NCBI GenBank assembly: GCA_020354065.1
Contig: CP070640.1
Span: 720,043 to 757,321, forward strand
DNA length: 37,279 nucleotides
Origin: Candidatus Bathyarchaeota archaeon
GTDB lineage: Archaea; Thermoproteota; Bathyarchaeia; TCS64
Direction: 5' to 3'
Shown here: positions 19,013 through 28,884 of the stretch, piece after piece
Layout of the letters: each line of letters opens with the position of its first letter
Position numbering within the stretch: position 1 is the first letter of the stretch
Notes under the pieces: model-generated
The model's database searches: none
Seen by the model: the letters and a program-made list of their open reading frames with translations, nothing else
Told to the model about the DNA's origin: nothing
Position numbers and translations under genes: made by a program

Positions 19013-19740
19013 CTAGGACGCTCTCAAGGGTTTCCTCGCCCTGATGCATATGAACCCTGGCTCCTTTGTCAGCCTCTCGTAGTCCTCGGGCTCCCTCTCC
19101 TTGAACTCCGGAGTCGGTTTGGGCTCAAGGATCCTCTCCACTAGGAACCCGGCCTCGGAGAAGGGCTCGATCATCGCCTCCAGGGGTCTCCTGTACGAGG
19201 GCATGAGCACGGGCACCCCAAAGCCCCGCCACATCAGCTCTACCCTCTCGGTTCTAAAGTAGTCCTCGACACCGTGCGAACGGGCATCGGTGAAGGGATG
19301 ACCCACGCTGAAAACGAATACCCCGCCCCCCACCAGGACGCGGTGGAACTCCCTGAAGATTGGAACCCACTCCTCGACGTAGTCCATCACCAGGGACGCC
19401 AGCACGAGGTCCAGGGAGGCATCCTCGATGAAGCTTAAGGGCTTGCGTAGGTCGAACATGCGGACATCCACCGAGCCCCCAAGCCTCCCCTTGGCCAGCT
19501 CCACCATCCTCTGGCTCGCGTCCACCGCTATAACCTTGGCCCCGTGCTCGAACAGCCACTCCGAGTAGACCCCGGGACCGTAGCCGGCGTCGAGGACGCG
19601 CCTCCCCCTCACTTCGGCAGGAGCGAGAGGGTCGCCGGCCTCTCCAGGTAGGCGTTGTGGGGCTTGGTGTCTATCATCTCCGCGTAAGCGTCCGCGAGCC
19701 TATCGTAGGCGTCGTAGGCGATGGGTTTGTCCTTCCTCAA
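19013..19740 (-). pseudogene. Class I SAM-dependent methyltransferase, frameshifted
   Basis: TTG 19740 gives MRKDKPIAYDAYDRLADAY...ERPATLSLLPK* (TGA 19609-19611); the remainder (EVRGRRVLDAG...) lies in a shifted frame; motif I reads DAGYGPG. Confidence 0.8.
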
Positions 19741-19806
19741 AGAAACTCCCGGTTATACATATCCTCAGGGGGGTAAGATAAATAATCCTTCCAATCATTC
19801 AACCGG

Positions 19807-21075
19807 CTACGGCTTCATCGCTTGAGTCTTCCTAGCCCCTTCCTCCTCTAGGTTCATGATGGTAGGCACGAAAAAGGCGACTACCCCCATCAGGCTGAAG
19901 ACGACCCCCCCGGCGATGAACCAGATCCTCTCGCCGAGCAGCTCAGCCACCGGCCCCGCGATGGAGAGCCCAAGGGGAGACATGCCCGAGCTCAGGGCCA
20001 TTAGAAGGGTGAAGACCCTCCCCTGGATCTCGGGGGGAACGATAGCCTGCATCATGGCGAAGAAGGTCCCGTTGGCTATCGCGTTCGTGAAGGCGAAAGT
20101 GAAGATGAAGCCGACGGCGAGGAGGAACAGGTAGGCGGGAGTGAATCCAACCGCGGCGACGAAGACGCCCGCAATTATAACCATCGTGAACGCGGTGACG
20201 GCCTGCCGTTTGAAGCCCCCCCAGACCCCGAGGGTGAGGCCGCCTAGGATCATGCCGATGCCGCTGGCTGACTGCATCCAGGCCAGTTGAAGGGCCCCGC
20301 CCCCGAAGTGCTCCGTGACCAGAATCGGGAGTAGGGAGAATGCGGGTGTAATCAGCAGGTTGATCACCATGGAAAGGGTCATGACGTACCTGAGGCCCCT
20401 CCAATCCCAGACGTAGCGGCCCCCCTCCCGCATGTCGTCCAGCACGGAGCGCCAGCCCCCTGCCAATGCTCTCCTGACTGGTTGGGGGATCGGGATGACG
20501 AAGAGAGGGATGATCGCGAGGACCGCTGTGGCGATATCGATGTAGAGAATGTTCTGGATCGGCATGAGGCTAAGGAGCAGGGCTCCCAATGGAGGAGCGA
20601 AGATGTTCGCGAGGCCTTGGAGGGATTGGTTCAGCCCCGCGACTCTGGAGAGGTGCTCCTGGGGCACCATGAGGGAGGTTGTTGCCTGCATCGTGGGCCA
20701 GTGGAAGGCCCCCCCGACGGAGCGGAGGAACATCGCCGCGTAGATGTGCCAGATCTGCACCACCCCCGTCGCGTAGAGCAGGGCCAGGATGACGATGATC
20801 AACGCGAGGATGCTGTCGGCCACGATCATCACCAGCCGCCGGTTCCACCGGTCGACCAGGGTCCCTGCGAAGGGGCTAATAAAGACCTGGGGGAGGAGGG
20901 CCATTATCGAGGCCAGGGCGAGCACCGAGGGCGAGCCTGACTCGCTGGTGAGCCACCAGACGATGGCGAACTGGACCAGCCGGCTGCCGAAGAGGGAGAA
21001 GGCCTGCCCGGTGAAGATGACGGAGAACCTTGTCATTGATCTCGGTGGTTGGATGTCGCTGGAGTGGATGCTCAT
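19807..21075 (-). CDS. MFS transporter, MefA/DHA3 macrolide-efflux-like
   Basis: GQAFSLFGSRLVQFAIVWWL, GTLVDRWNRR and QAIVPPEIQGRVF; start at ATG 21075 or 21036, not 21417. Confidence 0.88.
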   Translation of the reverse strand: MSIHSSDIQPPRSMTRFSVIFTGQAFSLFGSRLVQFAIVWWLTSESGSPSVLALASIMALLPQVFISPFAGTLVDRWNRRLVMIVADSILALIIVILALLYATGVVQIWHIYAAMFLRSVGGAFHWPTMQATTSLMVPQEHLSRVAGLNQSLQGLANIFAPPLGALLLSLMPIQNILYIDIATAVLAIIPLFVIPIPQPVRRALAGGWRSVLDDMREGGRYVWDWRGLRYVMTLSMVINLLITPAFSLLPILVTEHFGGGALQLAWMQSASGIGMILGGLTLGVWGGFKRQAVTAFTMVIIAGVFVAAVGFTPAYLFLLAVGFIFTFAFTNAIANGTFFAMMQAIVPPEIQGRVFTLLMALSSGMSPLGLSIAGPVAELLGERIWFIAGGVVFSLMGVVAFFVPTIMNLEEEGARKTQAMKP

Positions 21076-21167
21076 GATGGTATCAGTGGACTGAAGGGCG
21101 TCTGAAGAACGTTGCGTTAATTCCTCTGTACCGGGCTTAGAAGACCAACAGAGAAAATATGGGGAAA

Positions 21168-22469
21168 TTAGAGTTCTATGTTGCCGACACCCTTCTCGAT
21201 GGCGATCTCGGTGCCGTAGGGCTCTGAGAGCTTCTTCATGATGCCCACGATCTCGGCGCCCTCCTCCTCGCCCACGAATGTGGGCCTCCCCCTCTGGCTC
21301 CGGGGCTTGTCCTGGCCGAGCTCCACCGGGTAGAGCTTCAGTCTGCTTAGGCGGTCCCCTTGGAACTCCATGAAGGGGATTACGCTGATCCAGTACTTCT
21401 TCTCCTTGGTGAACCACTTGTACTCTGGCCTGCCGGGCCTGGGTGGAGCCTCTTGCCTCGCGTCGTAGGCGTCGGATGGGGCCCCGCTGTAGGGGTCGAG
21501 ATTGTGCCTCGCGTAGAAGTCGGCGGGCATCTTGTAGACGGTCTCGTTCTGGAAGATGAAGTCCCCGAGGCCGTAGAAGATGGGCCTCCCCTCCCGGATC
21601 TCGATGCCCCGCATCGCGTGGTGGCCGTGGCCGATGACTGCGTGGGCGCCGGCGTTGATGGCGGCCTGGGCGAAAGTCTCGATGAACTCCGCGGGCCTAT
21701 CCCGGTCGTGGAGAAGCCCCTCGTGGGCGTGGAGGCTGAAGAGAACCCAGTCTGCCTGGCGGGCGGCCTCCCGGATCGACTCCAGGTTGCCGTCCATGTC
21801 AGACTTGTTGGGTTTGGTGTGCCAGCCGATCTCCTCACCGACCACAAACTTTGTCCTCATGAAGTAGTAGGCGTCCTCGGGCTGGACTACCTCGGGGAGG
21901 TCGAGCTCCTCCTCAAGCGACTTCAATCTGTCCATGGTCTCCTTCCTGATGGTCCACCAGCTCTCGTACCTCAGCGGGTTGAGGCCTGGCCTGCCGTGCA
22001 TGTCCCTGCGGGCGTCCCCGGCCCGTCCGAAGGATGCGAAGGAGGAGGCCGCGGCGATGAGGGCCACCCTGCCCTTCGGAGTCTCCAGGTAGGCTGGGGC
22101 ACGAGCCTCAGCCAGGTCCTTGCCTGTGCCAGCGTGGGGGACACCGGCCGCCTCAAGGTAGGCCTTGGTGCTGAAGAGGCCCTCGTAGAGGTAATCGAGG
22201 CTGTGGTTGTTGGCCGTGGAGACGATGTCGTAGCCCATCCACTTGAGCTCCTCGATGATGTCTGGGGGGGCCCGGGTGTAGGTTCCTCCGGACTCGGCCG
22301 AGGGCCAGCAGTCCTCCTCGTAGTCGTGGAGGAGCATCTCGTGGTTGGTGAAGGCGATGTCCGCGCTCCTGATCAGGTCGACCATCTCCAGGAACTCGGG
22401 CTCGGAGTGGACGCTCTGCTTCATGGTGATGAGGGAGTCGCCTGTGGCCACAAGGCTGATCTCTTTCAT
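21168..22469 (-). CDS. CapA / poly-gamma-glutamate synthesis family metallophosphatase-fold protein
   Basis: ATGD, TNHE, TANNHSLDY, SLHAHE, GHGHH and YGLGDFIFQ; no signal peptide. Confidence 0.88.
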   Translation of the reverse strand: MKEISLVATGDSLITMKQSVHSEPEFLEMVDLIRSADIAFTNHEMLLHDYEEDCWPSAESGGTYTRAPPDIIEELKWMGYDIVSTANNHSLDYLYEGLFSTKAYLEAAGVPHAGTGKDLAEARAPAYLETPKGRVALIAAASSFASFGRAGDARRDMHGRPGLNPLRYESWWTIRKETMDRLKSLEEELDLPEVVQPEDAYYFMRTKFVVGEEIGWHTKPNKSDMDGNLESIREAARQADWVLFSLHAHEGLLHDRDRPAEFIETFAQAAINAGAHAVIGHGHHAMRGIEIREGRPIFYGLGDFIFQNETVYKMPADFYARHNLDPYSGAPSDAYDARQEAPPRPGRPEYKWFTKEKKYWISVIPFMEFQGDRLSRLKLYPVELGQDKPRSQRGRPTFVGEEEGAEIVGIMKKLSEPYGTEIAIEKGVGNIEL

Positions 22470-22660
22470 CTCTCACACATCGGGTGATCTTGGGGGCTGA
22501 CTGGATAAAACTTGTTCGAGGGGCATAAGGTCTCATGGTCTCCTTGATCCCGGGTCGATCAAAAATTCCCTCACCGGGCTGCTGCGAACTCCTGTTAGAC
22601 CAAAAGTGACTAGGAGAAACGCGATCCAACACGTCGGGGGCATGGTTTATCTGAGGCGGT

Positions 22661-22891
22661 ATGACGTTGATTCTGAGCTGGCAACTGAGATTGAAGGAAC
22701 TGGTGCTGACCGAGGGAAGCCTCCGAACTTATGAGAACTTCGGGATCGAGGTCAGGTGCAGGCTGTGCGGGAAGAAGTTCAAGGTCGGAGACAGAGTGAT
22801 CAAGACGCGGGTCCGGGCAGGTCATGAGGAGAACCCCTTCTACTGCGTGGACCACTTCTACTCCGAGAGCAAACCCACGGAGAGGCGTTAG
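22661..22891 (+). CDS. Small zinc-finger protein
   Basis: CRLCGKKFKVGDRV...YCVDHFY (CxxC...CxxH); GAGGCGG SD-like sequence before the ATG. Confidence 0.7.
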   Translation: MTLILSWQLRLKELVLTEGSLRTYENFGIEVRCRLCGKKFKVGDRVIKTRVRAGHEENPFYCVDHFYSESKPTERR

Positions 22892-22966
22892 CACCTGACC
22901 CCAAACGTACTGCGGCCATTGAATGCGAAAAGCTAGTCCTCAGCAGATTCGCCTTGGATGCTCTAT

Positions 22967-23395
22967 CTATGGGATGCCTCCGAAGAATCTATGGGTGACA
23001 TAGGCAGGAAATCCCCAGGCGATGAACCAGTAGAAGGGGGAGACCACGAGAGCGGCAAAGACTCCTGGGATGACTCGTAGGGCCGTGAGAGCCAGCACCC
23101 AGTCAGGCCTCATGAAGGCGGACTCGAAGGCGAAGGCCAAGACCGTGGATAGGGCTCCCATCTCCAAGGTCCTGTAGCTCCCGGCGATGAAGACGGCGCT
23201 GCCGGCCAGGCTAAAGAGAACGTTGAAAAAGACGAGGCCCCTGAGCTGGTGAGTGTAGTAGTGGCCCCAGCCGCGCTCTGCGACGAGGGCGGCCTTCTCG
23301 GGGGTGGGGACTGTTATCTCCATTGTGAGATTGGTGGCCAGGGAGGCGACTAGGAAGATGGTGAACACCTTGGCGAGCCTTGTAAGCCTTTTCAC
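22967..23395 (-). CDS. Hypothetical membrane protein
   Basis: About four hydrophobic segments; GTG at 23395 preceded by AGGA preferred over 23491. Confidence 0.65.
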   Translation of the reverse strand: MKRLTRLAKVFTIFLVASLATNLTMEITVPTPEKAALVAERGWGHYYTHQLRGLVFFNVLFSLAGSAVFIAGSYRTLEMGALSTVLAFAFESAFMRPDWVLALTALRVIPGVFAALVVSPFYWFIAWGFPAYVTHRFFGGIP

Positions 23396-23659
23396 GTCCT
23401 GTCGTCCCGCTCTTGGTGGATAAAGCTTAGGGCTCTGCTTGTGCGGGTTTTGCGTTAGAGAGGGTTGATGGCGTGAGGAGAACCTACTCAACCCAGGGTT
23501 TTTAGGGGCTGTCCGCTTTTTTCCAAAAAAGGGTAAAAATTCTGAAATTGGGGAAAAAAGCCTATATTTCTCTGAAGACGGATAATCGTTACTGAATTTG
23601 TTAGAGAAGCCTTATATCTAAATTATATTACGTAATAGCCTAGGAAACAGGTGATAGAC

Positions 23660-23776
23660 GTGAAGAAGAGAGCTATCGGGTACTTCCTCTCGGCCGCTTC
23701 CGTGTATCTTGCGATCAACTATCTGGTCCAGGCGTTCCTCCAGCTGCTCAGCAACTTCTCTGTCGCAGTGATATAG
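23660..23776 (+). CDS. Small hydrophobic peptide, 38 aa (MKKRAIGYFLSAASVYLAINYLVQAFLQLLSNFSVAVI)
   Basis: AGGTGAT SD, upstream TTATAT boxes, GC3-rich codons; too short for the ORF track. Confidence 0.6.
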   Translation: MKKRAIGYFLSAASVYLAINYLVQAFLQLLSNFSVAVI

Positions 23777-23929
23777 AGCCGCCTTCAGGGGTACAAAAAT
23801 GGCAACTGAAAGATACCGCTTCGTCGAGGACATCCTTAGGCACAAGATAAATCTCACTTTCCAATCAATAGAGAGCATACGGGAGTTTCAAGCGAACAAT
23901 TGCCATCAGAACAATGACCTTCTGTCGGA

Positions 23930-24019
23930 CTACAGAAACGGAACTAGAGATTTCTGGATCTCGAGAGCCCAGCTCCTGAATCTTCGAACAAAATAGCCCG
24001 CCCCCAAAATCCTCTTCAT
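23930..24019 (-). CDS. Possible small peptide, 29 aa (MKRILGAGYFVRRFRSWALEIQKSLVPFL)
   Basis: AGGTGAG SD; leader resembles that of the 23660 sORF. Confidence 0.35.
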   Translation of the reverse strand: MKRILGAGYFVRRFRSWALEIQKSLVPFL

Positions 24020-24280
24020 CGCGTCTCACCTGTTCCTATGGTTGTCCGCCGCGCTCATGGCTGGACCCATTCGTTTCCCAGCCTCTCTCCTATCCGCGCT
24101 CGGCGGCAACAACCCAATTCTGGTCGCAACGATACCTGCTCCTACGATCCGGTGAACAACAAAGGCATCGAGGCTCTGGCTGGTTCAATATCTCAGTCCA
24201 GAAGACTCATAGAGGCGCGACAACTGGAATCACCAGACGTATATAACAGGATGTCAAGATTTTTGAGGGAAAACGCGACA

Positions 24281-24757
24281 ATGGGGGATAATGCGGGAAT
24301 GTTGTCCAGAGAAGATACAATACGCTTGGCGGCGGGCTACACAGATCGGGGGTTCCTCTGCTCTGAATCTGTCCTGCTGGCGTTGAGCGATTGCCTGGAT
24401 ATCTCGAGCGACGTCATTCCCAGGATCGCCACCGGCTTCGGGGCGGGTGTGGGCCGCTCCGGGGAGATCTGCGGCGCTCTGGCCGGCGCCGTGATGGGCC
24501 TGGGATTAAAGTACGGGAGGGACGAGGTTGGGGAGGAGGAGCATGGTCCGGGGAGATACTGGTACTCGACCGAGATCCTGAAAAGGTTCAGGGCCGAGCA
24601 CGGCGACGTACGATGCAAGAACCTCTTAGACCTTGATCTCTCGCGTGCAGAAGACAAGTTGGAGTACGATAATAGAAGGCTGTGGGAGACGGTGTGTCGC
24701 GAGTTCATCGTGGAGGCAACTGGGTTGGCGTATGATATTCTCGCGAGGGAGGTCTAG
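24281..24757 (+). CDS. C_GCAxxG_C_C family putative redox-active protein
   Basis: GFLCSESV, GFGAGVGRSGEICGALAG, VRCKNL and VCREF; start at ATG 24281 or 24299. Confidence 0.87.
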   Translation: MGDNAGMLSREDTIRLAAGYTDRGFLCSESVLLALSDCLDISSDVIPRIATGFGAGVGRSGEICGALAGAVMGLGLKYGRDEVGEEEHGPGRYWYSTEILKRFRAEHGDVRCKNLLDLDLSRAEDKLEYDNRRLWETVCREFIVEATGLAYDILAREV

Positions 24758-24819
24758 CTCCCAGTAGGGTTTGGGGACTCGAAATTTTTTTAACACAGCC
24801 TCAAGCTAAACAACGCGGG

Positions 24820-24942
24820 ATGAAACCAATCGACCTTCTCATCGGGATCCTCGGGGTCTATTTCCTCTGGGCGGGGAAGCTTGTGGACTTCCTCATCATC
24901 ATCATAGTCTGGCTCCTTACGCTTCTGATCCCCTGGGACTAG
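24820..24942 (+). CDS. Small membrane peptide, 40 aa (MKPIDLLIGILGVYFLWAGKLVDFLIIIIVWLLTLLIPWD)
   Basis: Strong C-ending codon bias (ATC, CTC, TTC); two short hydrophobic segments; TTTTAA about 28 nt upstream. Confidence 0.65.
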   Translation: MKPIDLLIGILGVYFLWAGKLVDFLIIIIVWLLTLLIPWD

Positions 24943-25115
24943 TTCCCTATTAGAAGAGTTCTATCAGAGCCTCTTGCAAGAATTTCTAAGATGGTGGACA
25001 AGACCCGCAGGGGCATTTGTGGTGCGATCGACCGGAAAGATTGTTATTAGGCTCATTATGAGTCATGCCGCTCCACCAATACCCTTTTTTGGAGATGAGT
25101 ACGAAGGTTCCAAAC

Positions 25116-26114
25116 ATGGCTTGGCTGGACATGCTCAAGGCCTATCCCATCGACTGGCTGATGGAGGATGAGAATCCAAGCGTCCGGTTTTGGGCGCTAC
25201 AAGACTTCTTAGATAAGGACCCCGCGGACCATGAGATCCAAGCTGCTCAGCACGCCATTATGGAGTCGACCGCGGTCAAAACGATCCTCGGGGCCCAGAG
25301 CCCTGAGGGTCACTGGGTCGACCCGGAGAACATGTACAACCCCAAGTACAGGGCCACCACCCACTCCCTCCTCATCCTGGCCGAGCTAGGGGCAAGGCGG
25401 ATCCCTGCAATCGAGCGGGGGATCGAGCACCTGTTCGGGTTCCAGCGGGACTCGGGGCACTTCTTAGTGGACCTCCCCAAAACCCCGAGGGGTCGCGCGA
25501 GCTCCGTGAAGGACGGTTGCTGCCTGGACGGGAACATCCTCTACTACCTCAACCACTTCGGCTACCTCGACGATCCTAGAACCCAGCGACTCATCCGGTT
25601 CCAGGTGGAGACCTACTCAAGAGAGGATGTAGGGTGGCGCTGCCGCGCCTACCCGATCAACCCTGACGGAGTCTTCCCTGTCAACTGTTACATGGGAGCT
25701 GTAAAGGTTCTCAGAGCCCTCTCGACCATCCCCGAGGAGCACCGCATTGCCGAGTTGGGGGCGATCATCGAGCGGGAGGCCGAGAACGTCCTCCAAAACG
25801 GCATCTACAGGTACCTCAGGAACCCCGACGGCACCAGGAAGGACAAGGCGGGATGGAAGAGGTTTGGCTTCCCCCTGTTCTACCAATCTGACGCCCTCGA
25901 GGTCCTCGACACCTTAACGAGGTTGAAGATAAGGGACCCGCGCATGCAGGACGCCGTGGACCTCGTCAGGAACGAACAGAGACCTGACGGCAGGTGGCTT
26001 CTCAAGAATTCCTACAACGGGAAGATGTGGATCGATATCGATGCGAAGAATGAGCCCTCGAAGTGGATCACCCTCCGGGCCCTCAGGGTTCTCAGAAGAT
26101 ACTATGGTGAATAG
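25116..26114 (+). CDS. Prenyltransferase/squalene-cyclase-repeat (alpha/alpha toroid) hypothetical protein
   Basis: QW-like repeats QSPEGHW, QRDSGHF and QRPDGRW; FGFPLFYQSDALEVL; SKWITLRAL. Confidence 0.75.
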   Translation: MAWLDMLKAYPIDWLMEDENPSVRFWALQDFLDKDPADHEIQAAQHAIMESTAVKTILGAQSPEGHWVDPENMYNPKYRATTHSLLILAELGARRIPAIERGIEHLFGFQRDSGHFLVDLPKTPRGRASSVKDGCCLDGNILYYLNHFGYLDDPRTQRLIRFQVETYSREDVGWRCRAYPINPDGVFPVNCYMGAVKVLRALSTIPEEHRIAELGAIIEREAENVLQNGIYRYLRNPDGTRKDKAGWKRFGFPLFYQSDALEVLDTLTRLKIRDPRMQDAVDLVRNEQRPDGRWLLKNSYNGKMWIDIDAKNEPSKWITLRALRVLRRYYGE

Positions 26115-26233
26115 CCCACGCTACTTTAGAAGCCGAGTATTAAACCATCAGCGTTGTTGAATGGAGAACCTTATACTGTAAAACACCCGCCACCGCAGAA
26201 ATCTTATACCCCCAACCGCCCCAACTCCAAAGC

Positions 26234-27061
26234 ATGGATAAACTCATCATCACCGCGGCCATCACAGGCAGCAGGATTCACCGGTCTAAGACTCCATACA
26301 TTCCCATCACTCCCGGGGAGATCACCCAGTCCGCCATCGAGTGCTGGGAGGCTGGCGCCTCTATCGCTCACATCCATGTCAGGGACTCCGAGACCCAGAT
26401 CGGAACCCAAGACATCAAGCTCTTCAAGCGGGTCGTGGAGCCCCTCAGGGAGGAAACGGACCTCATCCTCTGCCTCACAACCAGCGGCATCCCCGGCCTC
26501 AACCTGCCGACAGAGGAGCGCCTCCGGGTCCTCGACCTCCAGCCCGAGCTCGCCTCCCTCGACGCCGGCACCATCCTCCTCGGCGGACAGCCCTTCATCA
26601 ATACCCCGGAGTTCATTGAGACGGCGGCCCTGAGGTTGAAGGAGAAGGGGGTCAAGCCGGAGCTGGAGATCTTCGACACCGGGATGATGACCACCTGCCT
26701 CCGCATGCGGGATCAGGACCTCCTCGAAGACCCCCTATTCTTCCAGTTCGTCCTAGGGACACCATGGGGCGCCCCAGGCACCCCTAAGGCCCTCCTCCAT
26801 CTGCAGGAGATGCTCCCCCCAGACGCCGCCTGGTCGGTGATCGGCATCGGCCGCGCCCACCTCCCCATCTCCATGATGGCTCTCGCTATGGGGGGGCACA
26901 TCCGGGTGGGCATGGAGGACAACATTTACTATCGCAGAGGGGAGCTCGTCAAGAGGAACAGCCAGTTCGTGGAGCGCATAGTCCGCATCGCCAACGAGTA
27001 CGGGAGGGGTGTTGCTACTCCTGACGAGGCCCGGAGAATCCTCAAACTATCAGAGGTATAA
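26234..27061 (+). CDS. kce: 3-keto-5-aminohexanoate cleavage enzyme family (BKACE / DUF849)
   Basis: LIITAAITG, AGASIAHIHVRD, PELASL, KPELEIFD, QFVLG and GGHIRVGMEDN. Confidence 0.9.
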   Translation: MDKLIITAAITGSRIHRSKTPYIPITPGEITQSAIECWEAGASIAHIHVRDSETQIGTQDIKLFKRVVEPLREETDLILCLTTSGIPGLNLPTEERLRVLDLQPELASLDAGTILLGGQPFINTPEFIETAALRLKEKGVKPELEIFDTGMMTTCLRMRDQDLLEDPLFFQFVLGTPWGAPGTPKALLHLQEMLPPDAAWSVIGIGRAHLPISMMALAMGGHIRVGMEDNIYYRRGELVKRNSQFVERIVRIANEYGRGVATPDEARRILKLSEV

Positions 27062-27258
27062 CAGCATAGACGACCAGACCGAGCTTGACTAAAGCCTCAG
27101 ACCCCAACTCCTGAAACGCGCGCGAGCCCAACCGATCATCGTATTTCTCGTGCGCGTAGGTCTTAATGCCTAATCTTGAAGCTCCTTGCACGAACCTTTA
27201 TCGCTTAGGCTTATGGCATAGAAAAAACATCTCAAGAATACGCTGGCATAAAGAGAGG

Positions 27259-28560
27259 TCAGTTTATCAGGGGGTTGAGGGCGCCCTTGATAACCTCGAT
27301 CCCGTTCATGTAGGGCCGGAGGGCTTCGGGAACCACCACGGAGCCGTCCTCCTGCTGGTACTGCTCAAGGATCGCGACCATCGTCCGGCTCGTCGCCAGG
27401 GCCGTGTTGTTCAGGGTGTGGACGAAGCCTACGGGGGCCTGCCCCTCCTTCATCCTGTACCTGATGTTCAGCCTCCGGGCCTGGTAGTCGGTGCAATTGC
27501 TGTTCGACCCGACCTCCCGGAACTCCCCGTCAGCCATCCATATCTCGACGTCGTATTTCTTCGAGGCGATGCTCCCGATGTCCCCGGTGCAGACGTTCAC
27601 AACCCTGTAGTAGATCCCCAGCTCCTGGTAGAGTTCCTCGCAGTTCCTCTGCAGCTCCTCGTGGAGCCCCCAGCTCTGCTCGGGGAGGCTGAAGATGAAC
27701 TGCTCCACCTTGTTGAAACGGTGGACCCTGAACAGCCCCTTCGTGTACTTCCCGTGGGTACCGATCTCCTTCCTGAAGCAGGGGCTGACGCCGCAGAAGC
27801 GGATGGGAAGGCCCTCGGCGTTCAGAACCTCGTCCATGAACATCGCCCCCATGGCGTGCTCGCTGGTCGCGATGAGGTACAGGTCCTCGCCCTCAACCTT
27901 GTACATCACGTCCTCGAAGTCCCCCAGGTCCGTCACCCCCTCGTAGGGCTTCCTGCGGAGCATGTACGGGGGCTCAACGAGGACGAAGCCCTTCCCCATC
28001 AAATGGTCGATGGCGTAACGCATGATCGAGTAGTCGAGCAAGGCCAGCTCGTTCTTGAGGTAGTAGAAGCCCGAGCCCGAGACCTTCGCGGCCCTCTCCA
28101 GGTCCATGATTCCCAAGCCAACAGCAATCTCGGCGTGGCTCTTGGGCTCGAAGTCGAAGGCTGGGGGCTTCCCCACACTCCTGATCTCCTCGTTGTCGGA
28201 TTCGTCCACACCGTAGGGTACCGACTCGTGGAGAAGGTTCGGCAGCTGCATCAGGGCGTCCCGCACTCGGCCTCCGTAGAGGTCCCTCTCCGTCTCGGCG
28301 TCCACGATCTGCCTCGGGATCTTCCCGGCCTCCTCCCTGAGGGACAGCGCATCCCCGCCCTCCTTCATGACCCTGGCGATCTCGGCGCTGATCTCGTTCC
28401 TCCGACGCCTGAGATCGTTGACCACGCCCGTCAGCTCCCGCCACCGGGCGTCGTCCTCCACGAGCCTGTCCAGTAGGGCCAGCTTCTCAGGGTCGTGCCT
28501 GCGCCCCAGGTTCTCCCGGACCGCCTTGTAGCTATCCCTGATGAGCCTGATGTCCAACAT
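27259..28560 (-). CDS. serS: Seryl-tRNA synthetase
   Basis: MLDIRLIR; coiled coil; YLIATSE; FRKEIG (motif 2); EVGSNSNCTDYQARR; HTLNNTALATSR. Confidence 0.97.
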   Translation of the reverse strand: MLDIRLIRDSYKAVRENLGRRHDPEKLALLDRLVEDDARWRELTGVVNDLRRRRNEISAEIARVMKEGGDALSLREEAGKIPRQIVDAETERDLYGGRVRDALMQLPNLLHESVPYGVDESDNEEIRSVGKPPAFDFEPKSHAEIAVGLGIMDLERAAKVSGSGFYYLKNELALLDYSIMRYAIDHLMGKGFVLVEPPYMLRRKPYEGVTDLGDFEDVMYKVEGEDLYLIATSEHAMGAMFMDEVLNAEGLPIRFCGVSPCFRKEIGTHGKYTKGLFRVHRFNKVEQFIFSLPEQSWGLHEELQRNCEELYQELGIYYRVVNVCTGDIGSIASKKYDVEIWMADGEFREVGSNSNCTDYQARRLNIRYRMKEGQAPVGFVHTLNNTALATSRTMVAILEQYQQEDGSVVVPEALRPYMNGIEVIKGALNPLIN

Positions 28561-28695
28561 CCCTCTGCACTACACCATAACCCATGTGAAGTATCCTCCT
28601 TTTAGGGATTATCCACCCACTTTCACTTCTCTCCCAGCCGCGAACATCTGCGCATCCCTTTTAACCCAGGGCGCCGGAACGCCAGGCGGGGAGGG

Positions 28696-28884
28696 ATGTT
28701 GAACTACCAGATCGGGGCCTCCGAGGCCCTCCAGTGGGCCTGGCACATGCTCAGAAATTGCAGGGACCGACCAAGCGGCGTAGACGAGGCGAGACGCGTC
28801 ATCCAGGACGTCCTCAGCACCATGGGTAGAGGCGCAGAAATCAACTTCAGGGAAGAGATCTCCAAAATCACCCTCCCCACCTGA
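28696..28884 (+). CDS. Small hypothetical protein, 62 aa
   Basis: GGGAGG SD, TTTTAA upstream, host-like codon use; divergent from serS. Confidence 0.6.
   Translation: MLNYQIGASEALQWAWHMLRNCRDRPSGVDEARRVIQDVLSTMGRGAEINFREEISKITLPT

Noticed and set aside
21076..21417. N-terminal extension of the MFS ORF (536 aa call)
   Set aside because: Overlaps the CapA-family gene out of frame; MFS similarity begins only after ATG 21075/21036
23618..23996. Track ORFs 23618-23878 (-) and 23799-23996 (+)
   Set aside because: No SD or motifs, atypical codons, and they conflict with better-supported small ORFs
25116..26114. Functional squalene-hopene cyclase
   Set aside because: About half the expected length and no DxDD catalytic motif
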